Positions 1 through 13,253 of a stretch of 64,000 nucleotides of DNA are shown here, one piece after another (position 1 is the stretch's first letter; each line of letters opens with the position of its first letter). Made by a program: the position numbers and the translations under genes. Below the pieces are notes generated by a model. The model made no database searches, was not told the origin of the DNA, and worked only from the letters and a program-made list of their open reading frames with translations. Origin of the DNA: Stylophora pistillata (lineage: Eukaryota); the NCBI RefSeq assembly GCF_002571385.2, contig NW_019217966.1:411359-475358 (forward strand). The letters run 5' to 3'.

Positions 1-229
1 GTGCAGCTTTGAAAGTTATTAATTTGGAGAGAACCAAATCACTTATTTTCCCGATATGTATCTTGGGGTTCTGAAATCAGGATTCCGCCGACATGTTTAA
101 AAAAAAAACACTCAGGTATCAAGACGGGGCCAGCCTGATACGAATAGGCCATGAATTCAATGATGATAAGGTCCAACATCCCTACAATGTATTCTATTAA
201 AAATAATTTATCTGAAAGTCCTGCCCAAA

Positions 230-3200
230 TTAAGCTTTTAATTTAGCTCTTTTAGGTTCTCTTTCTTCTTCATATTCAATCTCTACTCTTGCTTTACGTC
301 CTGCATGTCTTGTAGGAGGTTTTTCTATCTCTTCTTCTTCTTCTTCAACCTCACTCTCTGTTTCTTGTTCACCTTCCTCAACTTGGAAGTCCTGGAATAA
401 TGCATAAAATGAAATGGTTAGCTCCAAGACAGTTTGCCTCCTAATGGTTTAACCATTTCCAAAAGCTTCCCTTTGCATGTCACACCTTCCCAAAAAAGTT
501 TCATAGAGTTGCTATTAAGTCAATTATACCAATAATTTTGTCAAAAAACAAACCATCAATCCTCTGTATAGCCCAGACTCCACAACGCTATCCAAGATTA
601 GATGCTAGTAGTTATTTATGAAGTATTTCTCCTTACAGACTATTATTGATACTGTGACATTTTCATTCGTGTTTGTTGGGAGATGCTAACTTTCTATCAA
701 AATGAGTTTCAGTTGTTGATTTTCTTTACTCTCCTTGCCTTGGTACTTGACAATGTTTTCATAGTAAGGGGGATGTTACATATTGATCATTAGGGACTTA
801 AAGCAGTCAGGACGGCAATGCCACGGAAGACGTCGATTAACAAATGAGTTTCTATTTTTAGTTAGAATTTCGAAAATGACTAGATGTGTTTACCGTCTCA
901 TAGGGCGCCAGACCTCAAACTCGACATAACGCATAAATTGAGTTCCAAATGTAAATTAAAATAAATTGCCGCCGCGGTTTCACTTTGCAGACAACACAAA
1001 TCTTGGTGATTTCATGTTGTTGTTTTGCAAAGGATGGCTAAGAAATGTACAAAGTTTTAAAACGCATGTGCTAGGCTATTTTTCTGCCAATTAGATCTAT
1101 TGTTTTTCCACGTTCTTGTTGCCGCAGCCGTTGTGGTTTGCTTAAAGTCCCCATTATTACAGACAGGAGATAGACAGATAAAAGGTACTGGGGTAATTGT
1201 TAACCACTTTAATTCCCAGAGGTGATAATCACATATTAGTTCTCCCTTTTAATACCCATAGATGTACTTTATCTAGCTAACGGGTATTTATGAGAATAGT
1301 GAAACTTATCCGGTGGAAGTTGTTATTGTGATCTAATGCAAAATTCTCAGAATTCATTTACAAGGAAATGTCTGGCAGATAGAGGGGAGAATTGATAATC
1401 AGATCTTGGTAGTTTAAATACTTAAGAGAGAAACAAAAATCCAACCTCAATATCACTTAGATCACTGACATCAACCTCATCTTCTGCCACAAACTCTGGT
1501 TCTTCTTCCTGTTTAAAAATTTAGTTTTTCATTTAAAACATACAAAAAACTTTGAAAATGTATCAATACATTCATGAGGAAATCACCAAGCCTCTAACCC
1601 AGTTCACACTAATGCTTCTATGAGTTTTAGTTGTCCAAGCCAAAAACAAAGATGGGTGAGTGGAAGTTCTTTGTCTATCAATACACACATGTTTAAATCA
1701 AGTGATTGAATCTTCTTCGACAATACCTCTTCCTCTTCTTCTTCCAGTTCCTCCTCTTCTTCATCTTCTATCTCTTCTTTGTCTAAGGCATTCTCAAATG
1801 CAGTGCTGGGAATGTTATAAATATCTCCATACTGCAAAAAAAAAAAAAANNNNNNNNNNNNNNNNNNATAAGGTTTTTTACGTATATATATATATATATA
1901 TAACATCTAAACTATCAACTTCAAATTTTATTATTTCTGAGAAATACCTAAGCTTCAATCATAGCAGACATCAGTTGATGTTCTCTTGTCAAGTGCAAAC
2001 CACAGACTGGGAAAATTTAGAAAGCAAACTATTGAGATTGTAACTCACTGACAATTGACTTCAACCTGTCTCTGTAACATTTTGTTTTATGTGATGTGCT
2101 TCTTCCAAAACACAATGCTGACTCTTACACCTACTGTTAATTGGACACAAATTCAAACAATGTTTCATTTGTATGATTTGTTATAATTTGGGAAAAAGTC
2201 TGTTGTGTCATCAAATGTTTTTTTTTAAATTACCTTAGTTTGCATGTCACACAAAGCAATCTGTCCTGACAGTCTGTCCCAGCAATGTGTCTCTAAGACT
2301 GATCCTCAATTGAGTCGTAATCTTTACTCTGAAAGTTTTATGTTTTGGCAGGCCATCATGTACACTTTCCAGAGGATATCAGTGCCAACACAGAAATTCA
2401 AATACAGATGAAAGGAGACTCAATAGCCAATGTTCACTTGGGCTTCCTCCAACACAGACACAAGTATGAGATACAATTAAACATTCCGATTTTTCCTGCA
2501 TCTACATCACTGACACCTATAATCAACACACCTTTCATAGCAGTAGGCAATGTTAATAGTCCAGGTAAGTTTACTGTGATTATTTTTGGAACATTTTCTA
2601 GTTTATTGCATAGCTTTCCAAATTGCTATTATTGAAACAAAGAAACATGACTGGTCATTTACAATTGAAACCTTTCACCATAAGAATGACCAGCAGCTAA
2701 TTTCTCATTACAGGGATACTGCTGAATCATTTCTTAAGATTGTGAGAATAAAGGAAATAATCACTAGATCGAGAAGGTTTGATTGCTAAATGAACTCTCC
2801 CAGTCAATACCAATGGAAATGTAAGAAGAGTTAGGGAGAACATAATTATGTAGATAGCGATACTAGATGTAAAGGGTTCAAGTTATTTTGTCATTGATAA
2901 ATCTTCAGGAGATGGGAAAGCTCATGAGGTCACATTGGAGCTTGATGCACACAAAGAAGGTCTTCTTAGAGACAAATTTGTGCTAAAAAATGAAGCTGGA
3001 GAAGAATTTGTTATTGTAATTCATGCCCGGGTTCTCGGATCTCATAAAGGGACACCAATGCTGAAGGAAGGTATACGCTGTATATACCATGAAAAAGATG
3101 AGGAGGAGGATCACAGTGATTGGCAAGGCTTTGATTGACAAGAACTGCCTACTTAGAAGAACTTCAGTTGGATTTTTGATTTAGTCCTGTGACCGAGAGC

Positions 3201-6200
3201 ATCATTTACACCTTCCTTAACTTTCAAAAACTACTGTATCATTATTTGAGACTCAGCATCAGTTGAAAGATTACAAGAATGTTCTTAGAATGCAGCAACT
3301 TCAAATTGCACTGATACCATATGTACTTCAAAGGTACAAAAACTCCAACCTCTTTATAAGCAGTCTATTAAGAGAACTATTAATTATGTACAGTTGGACT
3401 CTGCTAACTTGAAATTCCAAGGGAAACTAAAAATTATTCAAATTAGCAAGGGTTTGAGTTATCAAGATTGCTGTTGAATTTCAATTATCCTTTAAATGGT
3501 TAAAAAGGAATCACGTTTGTACCATTCATGCACAATCAATGGTCACTTTCATACAATAGGTTTGTTTTACTTAAGGCATTTGATAAGAAAGTTTAGTTGG
3601 GGAAGTGTAGCTGAATGTATTACATTTTCATAGAATTATTCTGTTTGTTTCATTCGAAGTAAAAATTCAAGTTATCAGGGTAAATTTGAACCAAAGGAAA
3701 GTAATATTAGTTTGACTTAACAAAGTTCGAGTGTAGCTGATTGTAAATATCTTGCAAAATGGGGTCAAATCCAAGGGAAATCAAATCTTGGTCAGTTATG
3801 GTGTGGTTCAAGTTTACTGGGCTTGAGTTAGCAGGGTTCTACTATAAGTACTGGTAGCTAATGTTAAAGAAATATTAAAAAAAATTGTAGTTTGTAATTT
3901 TAATTTTAAGTTATGTAATATATTTTAAATCAAGAAGTCCTTTTTTGATGATTTTTGACAGTTATAGAGTAGAGAAGCAATTCAGCTTATAAAAGTTTTT
4001 TAACTGTAAATAAAACATATTAAATTTATGCATTTCTTGTGTGAAAATTCATCATATGCATACACATGAAAGCATTTTTAGTAGTAGGTATTTTAGTACG
4101 TAACTGCCTTTTTGTGCTTAAAGAGGTCTTACTGCAGCTATTTTTGTCATAGATGTGGTTTTAAAACCTCTAGAAGTTAGCTTAAATATCAAACAAAGTG
4201 GTCGTACTATGTGACAATAAAAACTCACATCAAACTTTATGTCACTTGCAATATCTTGTTTTTTTTTCTGCTGCCAACCACTCATGTAAGATTACAGTAA
4301 TTCAAGTGTGTACTTAATGTGTTAAGGGTGACCATAATGTCAAAATATTTTTTACACTCATCTAATTCTACATTTCACCAAATGAACTTCTGCGAAAAAA
4401 ATTTTCGATTTGGATAAAACGCAATTTTTTTAATAATTTTTTAAAGACATTCAAATTTGCCGCCATTTTGGTCCACCATTCACACCAGTCTTCCTTGGTT
4501 TAAAGTGAGTCGTGATGTAGGTTCAGGAACACGTGATTTTGGGTTGTGACTTATCTGACTTGAAAACAAGTGGGAATTTGCTTCAGAGTGGTCACAATAT
4601 CGTAAGCTCACAATATCGTAAACAACCCGCACTCGACCAGTGTATTTATATGCACTTTAAGGTCAAGTGAGGTTCCTGAACCTACTTCACAGACATCAGT
4701 CACGTGGTTATTTTGAGCACATTACTCTTGTGATCAGCGGCAGGGGTCAATCGCACGAAAATAGAATTTTGAGCTTTGTAAAAATTTGTAAAAAAATCAC
4801 ATTTCATCCAAATCGAAAAAATTTTTCACCGAAGTTCATTTGGTGAAATGTAGAATTAGATGAGCGAAAACGTTTTTTGACATTATGAGCACTTTAAGGG
4901 TGACCACAATTGCTCAGTAGAGGTGACTGCTTAATAGAAGTGAATATTACAGTGATAAAGGGGAAACAAATTCAAGACTTTGACAACCAATACAGGGTGA
5001 GTGCCTAATACAGTGCCACCTAATAACGGTACAACTGTACTTTGGTGTAATGCAAAGTTCGTCTGGTCGAGTTAAAAAAAACAAAACAAAACAAAACAAA
5101 ATAGACTGTTGCATGTAATGCCAGCTGAGTACACTTTATAGCTCTGTCTTGTTTACTTATTTATTGTAGTCTTCTAACTACTGGATTAATACTAAGTGTG
5201 GGTAAAGCCAACATTGTTGTCTTGTCATAGGTTTTAGTTTAACTTGACCCTCTATTTTAACATGTTTGTAGTTTCCTTCCACAAAATATAGTGTGGACCA
5301 AAGAAGCATACTGATTTCTGAAACAGTTTATACGTACAAAATTACAGCATAAGTAAGCTGTGGTCATTCCATTTCTGATTTTTAAGACATATTCTTCTTC
5401 GACTTGCGTAAGATGCTTGTAGACCTTTTCTGTTTTACTTTTGTTTAAGATGATGCAGCTTGCTGTTTTGGTGGATTAAAAGCAAGATGGAGAATGAAGT
5501 CAGATATATATGCTGGCAGCCGTGCTAACCATACAAGAAGAAACTTTGCATCTATTCCAACCAAATATCGGTCAGCTGGTGAACTTGATGTTAGGGCTTC
5601 CACTATTGCATCAACAACTTGACTGATGTTTGACGTACGATACACTCCATCTCTCATAATTTCAATACCTGCAAGAAACCCAGGTTTATGTTTAGCTCCA
5701 ACAATGATCAGCACATTATTTTCAGTCACATATTTTGTCAGTTGAAGATGGATAAAAAAGGTTCAGCTTGCATAATTGCAAGGAAAGACATACATGTACA
5801 AGACTGTTATCTAATTTTAATTATTAATAGTTAATACATTTGAAGAAACCAGATCTGTCTTAATTTGAGCTTGCCATTCTTTGAGTTGAGATCAATGCCA
5901 TATTCACTATACAAAATTTTCTCTGATTTCCTGATAAAAATGTATGGTATAAATGTATGAAATGTAAACATGTTTATACTTCTTTTAAGGTATTCCTCTC
6001 CATACTCATCCTTCAGCTCATCACTTAGTTGGTTCCAGCCCTCTCTCAATTGCTGCTCAAACACATCTGGGGCACAAATGTTGGTTGAAAATGATCCTGG
6101 TTCTAAAATGCACACTTTGATTCCCCAGGGAAGCATTTCACGCCTCAGAGCATCTGAAAATGCCTCCACACCATATTTGCTCACAGAATATGAGCAGTAA

Positions 6201-9200
6201 AAACTTGCTGAAAAACGTCCTGTTGGTATGCAAATTAAAAAAAATATGTACGAAGCACAAAACCAAAACAATAAGGAGCATGTTACTGGAAGAAAAGAAG
6301 AATGAACAAAGCACAAAACCTAAACAATAAGGAGCAAGTTATTGGAAGTAGCCTTGAAAAGTAGGAAAAAATTTATTATTATTTCTTCTAATCAAAGAAA
6401 TATTGAACATATCAAGAATAACTTCAGATATCTGTTTTTTCTTTTTAACACGAAACACTTTTGTCCACTACAATCCCAGCTGTACATTAATAGGCACTTA
6501 AAAGTCATTGATGATATCTACTCTTACAATCTTATTTCAAATTCTCGAGTAATTTCCCTCATTAACTTTGCATCATACACTCCACTCAAACCAAGACTTT
6601 GATTTAGCAATAAATCAACAGACATACCAGATATGTTTGTTCCCTCCACACATGATTAGAGTGATCATGTTATAAACTACTTTGTACAAAATTTGCTTCT
6701 GTGACCCCTACTGATCCTTGACCTCAATTCCACATTCCAAAATCCTGAATTTCCACAAATCCAATACATAATTCTGCTTTTAATTAAGAAGTGGATCCTA
6801 CTGTCTATGTAGAACAAAATAATATCAGGTATTTGCCAGGCTTAAACAAGGGGCTGTCCCTCACCTGCCATGCTTGATAAGTTTACCACTCGTCCAGAAG
6901 TCCTCTTTACCAGTGGCAAAAAGGTCTTAGTAACATCAATCATACCCCACAGGTTCACATCTGCTGAACGTCTGAAGACTTCCATGGGTGTCCACTCAAC
7001 AGGACAGATGGTGCCAATTCCTGCATTGTTCACCAGTCCCCACAATCCAGCTAAGAAAAAAATGGAGATCTTTCTCAAATATGGAGAATTAATCTTCTTT
7101 ATAGACCCAGCAACCAGACATTGTTTGTTCATGAGTATATCTCTGCAATATAAGATTTAAAAGTATGTTGCTCTAAAAATTGCTCATATCAATAACCAGT
7201 TTTATTGAGCATGTGCCCATCTCCTATAGGTAAAGACATTCCATCCTGTATCAACAGGAGACAGATCACCAGAGATGTGTCCTAATTTCTCTGGTCTCCC
7301 AGGTGATTTTTAAGGAATGGTTTGTCATTAACATCCAATTGGCTGGGGTTTTGATCTCATTGCTCTCAACTTTGAACCATGTCCCACATGCCAGGCCGAG
7401 GTGGTTGTGTTGTACAATGATAATAACCTTTGACACCTTCCTTCCAGAAACTTTTCTTATCGTCAAATGTTTTTCTAAATCGCGCCTTTTTCGATCAAGT
7501 AAGGTCTTTCAAAATAAAACACCTGAGAGAGGTTCTTTAAGCGTTCACAAAAATCAATTTCTTAATAATGTAATCATTTTAGGTAAAACTGATTTATGAA
7601 AGGTAAATACTTGATTCACCAGTTTGCCTACATAACTGCTACAGTTTTACTTTTAGTTAAATGACTAAAAAGGCCGCGAGTAGCCGTTTCTATCAACGTA
7701 GACCAGCCACAAGCGTCACGCAATAGTTGCCAGAGGCGACTCGTCGCTCTAACCGATTCACCTCTAACTAATCGTACTAACGTGAACCAGGGATATACAG
7801 TATAACATTACCAGTAGAAATTTCTTTTTTGACTTCGCTGTACACATCTTTTATCCGCTCAGAATTTGTCACATCCATCTGAAAAGTTTTCAATCTGTCA
7901 CTCGCAACTGATCTCAAACTCTGTTCTCCTTCTTTCGTTAAACAAGTCGCAATCACACACGCTCCCATCTTGTCCAGTCGAATGGCTGTTTCACGACCGA
8001 AGCCCTGGTCACAGCCAGTGATCAAAACATACATCCCAGTTAAATCAACTCTGGACTTTGGCCATAAATAAGTGACAAAATAGATAGTTACTATTCCAAT
8101 AACAACCACGATAACCCATGATGGGAGTAAGGTAACAAGACTTGCGAGGTTCATGTTTCTCGATCTCTGATCAAGTCACGCAGTCAAGTCACGAAAGTCA
8201 TTGAGAGAGAGAGAGAGAGAGAAAACTGGGTTCTACAAAAGTATGAGTCGATCTTTTATTTATCGTTATTGAATAAATAAAAAAAATGTTTATTAACTTA
8301 TCAGTTCATTTATTTTGTAGGTTATTCATTCATTCATTAATTCATTCGTTCATTCATTCATCCTTTTGTAGTAAACGTGCTTATGTAATAGCATATACAT
8401 GTATTTCTGACAGAAGGAAATGTTGATACGAGGGTACGTACTGGGGTGGCTTTGGGATTTTCGGTTTTGCGGTTTTGACTGTTTTTTGGATCGGTTTTTC
8501 GGTTTTGATGTTCAGAGCGGTTTGCGGATTTTACATGTTTTTGCATTCGGTTTTCGGTTTTCCCGAAAACTCTGATGCGGTTTTCGATTTTTCCTTTTTG
8601 ATCCCTTTAAAGCTGAAAATGTAGCGGTTTTTTCAGGTTTACATGCGGTTTTCGATTTTGCTGCCTTTTTTCGTCCGTTTTCCGGTTTTGGAGGTTTTTT
8701 TCTCCGGTTTTGCGGTTTCCCAGAGGCCCCAATGCCCCCCTCTGATACGAAAAGTTATCAAAGGATCCAACGGTCAGAGGACTGGTTCTGCGCGAGGGGT
8801 AACAGGCTTGTAAAATCTTTTTTACGTGTTACCCTCCAACGCTTCACTAGTTATTGTACAGGTATTTTCTATCTTCTATTTGACTCAGGCTTCGATTGCT
8901 GTCTGCCATCTGCTTTATCTGGTGGAAAATTGTACCAATTTTATATCTGCATTGATGGAGACTAGAATTCGAAAGTCTCTGGTTTTCCAAACATTCTGCA
9001 GCGGGCTCGAATCTGACCTGTGAGGCACAACAAACGCAAATGAGCTAGTCGAATATCACTTCAGATGATGCTGCTCCAACTTGCAATAAAAATCACCAAG
9101 ACGCTTTGGTTGTTTTTCTGATCCAGATCCAGTGCTTCTAATTTTCTTCCTGTCACAGGAAAGGGTTTGAGGTTGTAGCCTCGTTCCTATTCCTATCGAT

Positions 9201-11466
9201 TGTTTTTCTTTAATCTTGGTTCCGGTGAAAGTGCCATGATCCTAAAGAGGAAGTCAGTAATACCAGCCGGTAACATTGATAAACACACCAAGGCCTTAGC
9301 ATCCAAGCCAATAACGTAACGTGTCTGTGGATTGCGTGACGTAAGGGCGTGGACGACACTATTGACTACTTTGTGTATGTGCGGCGAGGCTACAGAGTCA
9401 AATAACTTTAAAGATACCAGACCTGCAAAAGAAAAAAAAAAATGAAGCACTCAAACAACTTTTCTAAAAATTCACATTTTCATTCACATCCATTTTGTTT
9501 ATCTCTCTGTTATCACTTCAATTTAGATATCAGATATTAGGAGAACCAAAACCAAAGAAGCCTAAATTAAAAATTTCTGTCCAACCTACTACAAATAATT
9601 TTAAGTATATATACCACAAAACATAAAAACATTTTAGCTTAACAGAGAGTAAGAACAACAGGAAAACAGAGTCAATCTATTACATTTTACTATGTTTATC
9701 TCCACCTTATGATGAAAAGCTTTCAGAACTAATTCAAACCTCAATTGAAAATTAATGAAAATTGCAATGATCTTAGTTTTATTCATTTCAGAGTAAAACA
9801 TCACTTACTGTTCCTTTCTTTAATCTTTCAAGTAATTCTTTCTCTATAGCATTTTCAAGCTGTGCAGCCACCAGAGCTTTACGCTGAAATAAAACAATTT
9901 TATAACAAATTTTTGGAGACTGAAAAACAAATCTAAGTTTCCTTGTCATTTTTAATAAGAATCAGTGAGAAACTGGGTGGTAAGGCTGACCAGTTCTGGC
10001 ATGGCAGAACAATGCTCTAAAATGTAAACTGTTACTCAGTATCATTTCACTGCAGATTTTTTCCAACTTCACCAGTCTTATCACCATCAAAAACCATGTT
10101 TCTCATCTGTCTTTTCTCCCTCATCATTAAACCCATGGGAGAGAACTTCATTATAAATATAAAGTAACAGAATGAAGAATGAGTGTTCATTTGTAACTGC
10201 AATCAAAATCTCCCAAGGTAGGCATCCAGTAGCATTTTGTCAAAAAAAAAAAAAAACTGCCATACTGCTATGGAAACCTTAACTAGCAGTGCCAAATCAC
10301 TAATATTCTGGCCCTGTGTACTGCAATATTGCACTCACCTCCCTTGTTTTTTCCCTTCTTTCAACTTTCTTATTGATTGTCACCAGTTTTTTACTGAAAA
10401 AAAAAAAAAAGAAAAGAACGATTATGAAAACATAAAGGGTCGTAATCTTTTCTGTGACTATTCTCGATGCAGTGTGCTCTAATAACAACAGAGGCAATGT
10501 AACTTTCCTTACCTTGTTTTGAGTCTAAGTTTCCGCATTCTTATCAAATACTAAGAAAAGAATCAAAATATAGAGTTATCTCTATTATTATTCAGTTATA
10601 AATTCTACATAACATGGCTTCCTATTCAAATAAGTGAGTACTTCACTTTAAAAAGATCTTAGCTTAGGTTGGAATGGAAAAAACAAATCTAAGAAGTCTG
10701 CACCACAAAAAAGAGAAATCATAAAAAATAAGTTAGAATAACTAAATTCAACTGTGTCTATTTTCTCTGCACTAAAATTAAATACCACCATTAATACTAC
10801 ATATCAGCAATTACCTAGTTAGCGACAAGAGAAACCCATTAAATCTGACTCTTGATAATCAAAATCTTTTGTAAATAACATCATTTTGAAAGAAGAATTA
10901 TTTAAGGTGGTTACAATATTATTATGATAAATAAATGTTCAAGACTTTGTTTCATTTTTATTTACTACTTAGGGATTGATTACCTGTACAATTTTGGTGT
11001 ATCTCTGCTTGCATTTGTGTATGATAAAGTTTGGCCAGTATATAAGGTTCTTGTCAATTTGCTCTAAAGCTTTTTCATAGTTCTTGGAGAGTTTCACTTT
11101 TTCCCACATCTTGGCAGGAGAATGGGCTCTCTCTATTGTCTTCATATAAAGATAACAAACACCTACATGCAATGGAAAAACAAGTTGCAGTTTGTTGAAA
11201 ATACTTTGATTACAAAAACTGTGTAGAAGGTGTTCAAGAACTTGCAACAAAGACAATTACAAAATTACTTTTGTTGTCGTCGCATAACATATACCACCTG
11301 GTGACATTTCTTGTCAAATAACCTTGTCCGCAATTAAAAGTCATTGTATAGTGTTACAGTTCAGTATCAGAGTGTTTTGGAGAGCCATTCTGAAGGATCT
11401 CAATATTAGTTTATGTTTAAACACAGTGCTAATGGAATTATTTTCCTGTAGGATATATTTCCTTAA

Positions 11467-11498
<32 letters not shown>

Positions 11499-12700
11499 CT
11501 TTACTTAATCTCGAATTTGGAGTAACTAAAGAATAAGCTAGTATCTTCGAGTTACAAGTATAATTCTAAATACTACTAAAATGTAAAATGTAAAATGTAA
11601 AATGTAAAATGTAAAATTGTAACATTCTAAAATTTAACTATGAGAAAGAGTCATACTGTAGAATCTTGCGCTTGAAATCAGAAAAGTCAGACCTTCTAAA
11701 AGAGTCCGCAAGAGAGTTCCATAGTTTTGAAACCATATATGATAATCACCTGCAGTGTTATTTCACTTCACTTACCATCCCTCTCTCTAACTGTAGCATA
11801 TCTACTGTTTGCCAGTGGACAAGCCTGTTTGCTGCACAGCCCTGTTACATTATTTTCATTTCTACAAAATTTCTGAGTGGTAGTTCTGCAAAAAGAAAAA
11901 AAGAACTCACTCACTTGGTATAAATTGTGAAAGAAAATTAGAACAGCACATTCATGTTTCCACATAAAAATTAAATTCTTTAAAATGAGAATCAGGGCTT
12001 GACACTAACCGTAGCCAACTAGCCACAGACCAGTAGAAATTCAGTTTTGGCTGCTGGTTTTCAATTTCCACTGGCCAGTTTGGCTAGTAAACAGACTGAA
12101 ATTGTCATAACATCTAAAAACATCTAAGATGTCACTAGCCACTTGGCTAGTAAGTTGAAAAGTTAGTGTCAAGCCCTGAGAGTAATGACCAGTATGTGTG
12201 GTGTCTCGCCAAATCTAATGACTATATACTTCTGTTGACCCTTTACCTCCCAGAAATGATTAACAAGTAACTTCTCCCTATAATATCCACACATTATCCA
12301 CCAAACAGGTAACAAGAACATTCAAACTTATCAGGTACAAGTTGTTCTCATGATCTACCACCAAATTCTCGTAAGTAATGTAAAAGGAAATGTGTAGCAG
12401 CTCTAGGGGAGAATTAACATCAGATCTTGGGGTGAAAAGGAAATCAATAATATGACAAAGGTGGACTTACTTTACTTTAAATGAGCAGAACCCATGATTT
12501 ATGACTTGCCATATCACCTTAAACCAAAGAAAAAAATGTTTCAGCATGCTAGCCCATCAAATTTATGAACGATGTTTTCAAGAACTAGACCACAACGTCG
12601 ATCATTGATATAAAATCTTCACAAATCGAATTTTAAAGATATCAGACGGAAACACGTGTGTTTTTACAATAATCCTATAACCGACCTCATCGTGCTGCAT
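230..12700 (-). CDS. MAK16: MAK16 homolog (60S ribosome biogenesis protein), 10 coding exons
   Basis: Exons with GT-AG boundaries and matching phases: 12700-12686, 12517-12471, 11885-11776, 11162-10984, 10550-10513, 10393-10339, 9883-9809, 1831-1727, 1508-1446, 391-230. Translation [85 protein letters not shown] plus acidic tail is recognisable MAK16. The 8-kb intron 7 is probably an assembly artefact. Confidence 0.95.
791..1153. mobile_element. non-autonomous TIR element (MITE)
   Basis: Ends TAGGGACTTAAAGC / GCTTAAAGTCCC are inverted; a related copy lies in opposite orientation at about 48878-49222. Confidence 0.6.
1200..1416. mobile_element. high-copy ~210-bp TTAA-bounded MITE (piggyBac-like ends)
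   Basis: Same element (cores AGATCTTGG, GGGGAGAATT, AACTTATC) recurs at about 12236-12440, 18404-18858, 38357-38536, 46986-47140 and 63163-63341; better copies end TTAACC..GGGTTAA. Confidence 0.65.
2352..3138 (+). CDS. ADISSP: ADISSP/C20orf27 (UPF0687) orthologue, coding exons 2-3
   Basis: Exons 2352-2564 and 2909-3138 (phase 1-1). [43 protein letters not shown] and the C-terminal DHSDWQGFD match the family. No in-phase ATG exon immediately upstream; exon 1 is at 13202. Confidence 0.9.
3391..3844. mobile_element. Tc1/mariner-pogo-type MITE, degenerate
   Basis: TA-CAGT...ACTA-TA ends with imperfect TIRs (CAGTTGGACTCTGCTAACT / AGTTAGCAGGGTTCTACTA) and internal CCAAGGGAAA and GAGTTATC subrepeats. 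Confidence 0.55.
4326..4893. mobile_element. long-TIR MITE flanked by TTAA (Kolobok-like)
   Basis: More than 100 bp of inverted repeat (CATAATGTCAAAA..CTCATCTAATTCTACATTTCACCAAATGAACTTC vs its reverse complement at about 4830-4890); TTAA at 4322-4325 and 4894-4897; purine-purine termini. Confidence 0.7.
5445..8154 (-). CDS. SDR9C-type short-chain dehydrogenase (RDH16/HSD17B6/BDH1-like), copy 1
   Basis: Exons 8154-7812, 7050-6865, 6219-5980, 5668-5445, all phase 1. N-terminal hydrophobic anchor, [18 protein letters not shown], catalytic YSVSK. Confidence 0.92.
8430..8742. mobile_element. MITE with internal CGGTTTT repeats
   Basis: GAGGG...CCCTC termini, flanking direct repeat TGATAC at 8424-8429 and 8743-8748, many CGGTTTT units. 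Confidence 0.65.
9170..9440 (-). repeat. duplicate of SDR copy 2 terminal exon (probable assembly overlap)
   Basis: Appears identical to 14772-15040 up to the poly-A run, then switches abruptly to MAK16 intron sequence. Confidence 0.85.
11468..11615. repeat. microsatellites (TACA)n and (AAAATGT)n
   Basis: Visible tandem units at 11468-11495 and 11578-11615. Confidence 0.85.
11993..12178. mobile_element. MITE with 17-bp TIRs (hAT-like CAG..CTG ends)
   Basis: CAGGGCTTGACACTAAC / GTTAGTGTCAAGCCCTG; second diverged copy at about 36863-37038. Confidence 0.75.
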
Positions 12701-13201
12701 ATTGTCCTTGTTTTGGCGCCAGTATATCACAGTAGTGTTGAAAAAATCAACTTATGTCTTTAAAATACGTAACAGGTCGTTTTTGGAAGACTATTTCAAC
12801 ATTTCCATCGCAAAATGGAAACTTCTTGTAACTTGCAAGCACCTTCAACAAACTTAGCAGCCAGGCATGGCAAGAGAGCAGATATGAGCAGGGAGGGCTG
12901 AGGAAAATATATTTCTGCCTTTCCCTCTTGTTAACAGTTTCTAATACAAATCAGATATAAACCAATCTAAATTAAATAACTTGGGAGACTTTTTTACTTA
13001 AATTTAAATGAATACTAATTCCAGTATTTGATGAAAGTGAGCGATATTCGATGATACAATAATCTATCTACTCTACCCCACCCCAGAGAGGTTAGTTGCT
13101 AGTCATCCGTCAGTGATCGATCCCATACCGAACTCACCCTGAGCGCTCACCTATATTCATATTGCTAAACATTAATGATTATTCTTACGAATTAACACGA
13201 A
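12701..13201. promoter_or_regulatory. probable bidirectional promoter region MAK16 / ADISSP
   Basis: Divergent ATGs at 12700 (minus) and 13202 (plus), about 500 bp apart. Confidence 0.55.
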
Positions 13202-13253
13202 ATGGCAGCAAATCATCATGGTGTGTTACACGAAGAGGACGATAGTGAAGACG
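13202..13253 (+). CDS. ADISSP: ADISSP/C20orf27 coding exon 1 (displaced in this assembly)
   Basis: GAAATGG start, MAANHHGVLHEEDDSED+G, perfect GTAAGT donor in phase 1 matching the phase-1 acceptor at 2352 (G+GC=Gly, then HHVHF). Confidence 0.75.

Noticed and set aside
5445-9422. Same-strand nested SDR gene inside MAK16
   Set aside because: Gap position, duplicated overlap and displaced ADISSP exon 1 all point to contig mis-ordering
9193-9450. Separate SDR pseudogene or orphan exon
   Set aside because: Appears identical to 14795-15024 including flanks; assembly overlap
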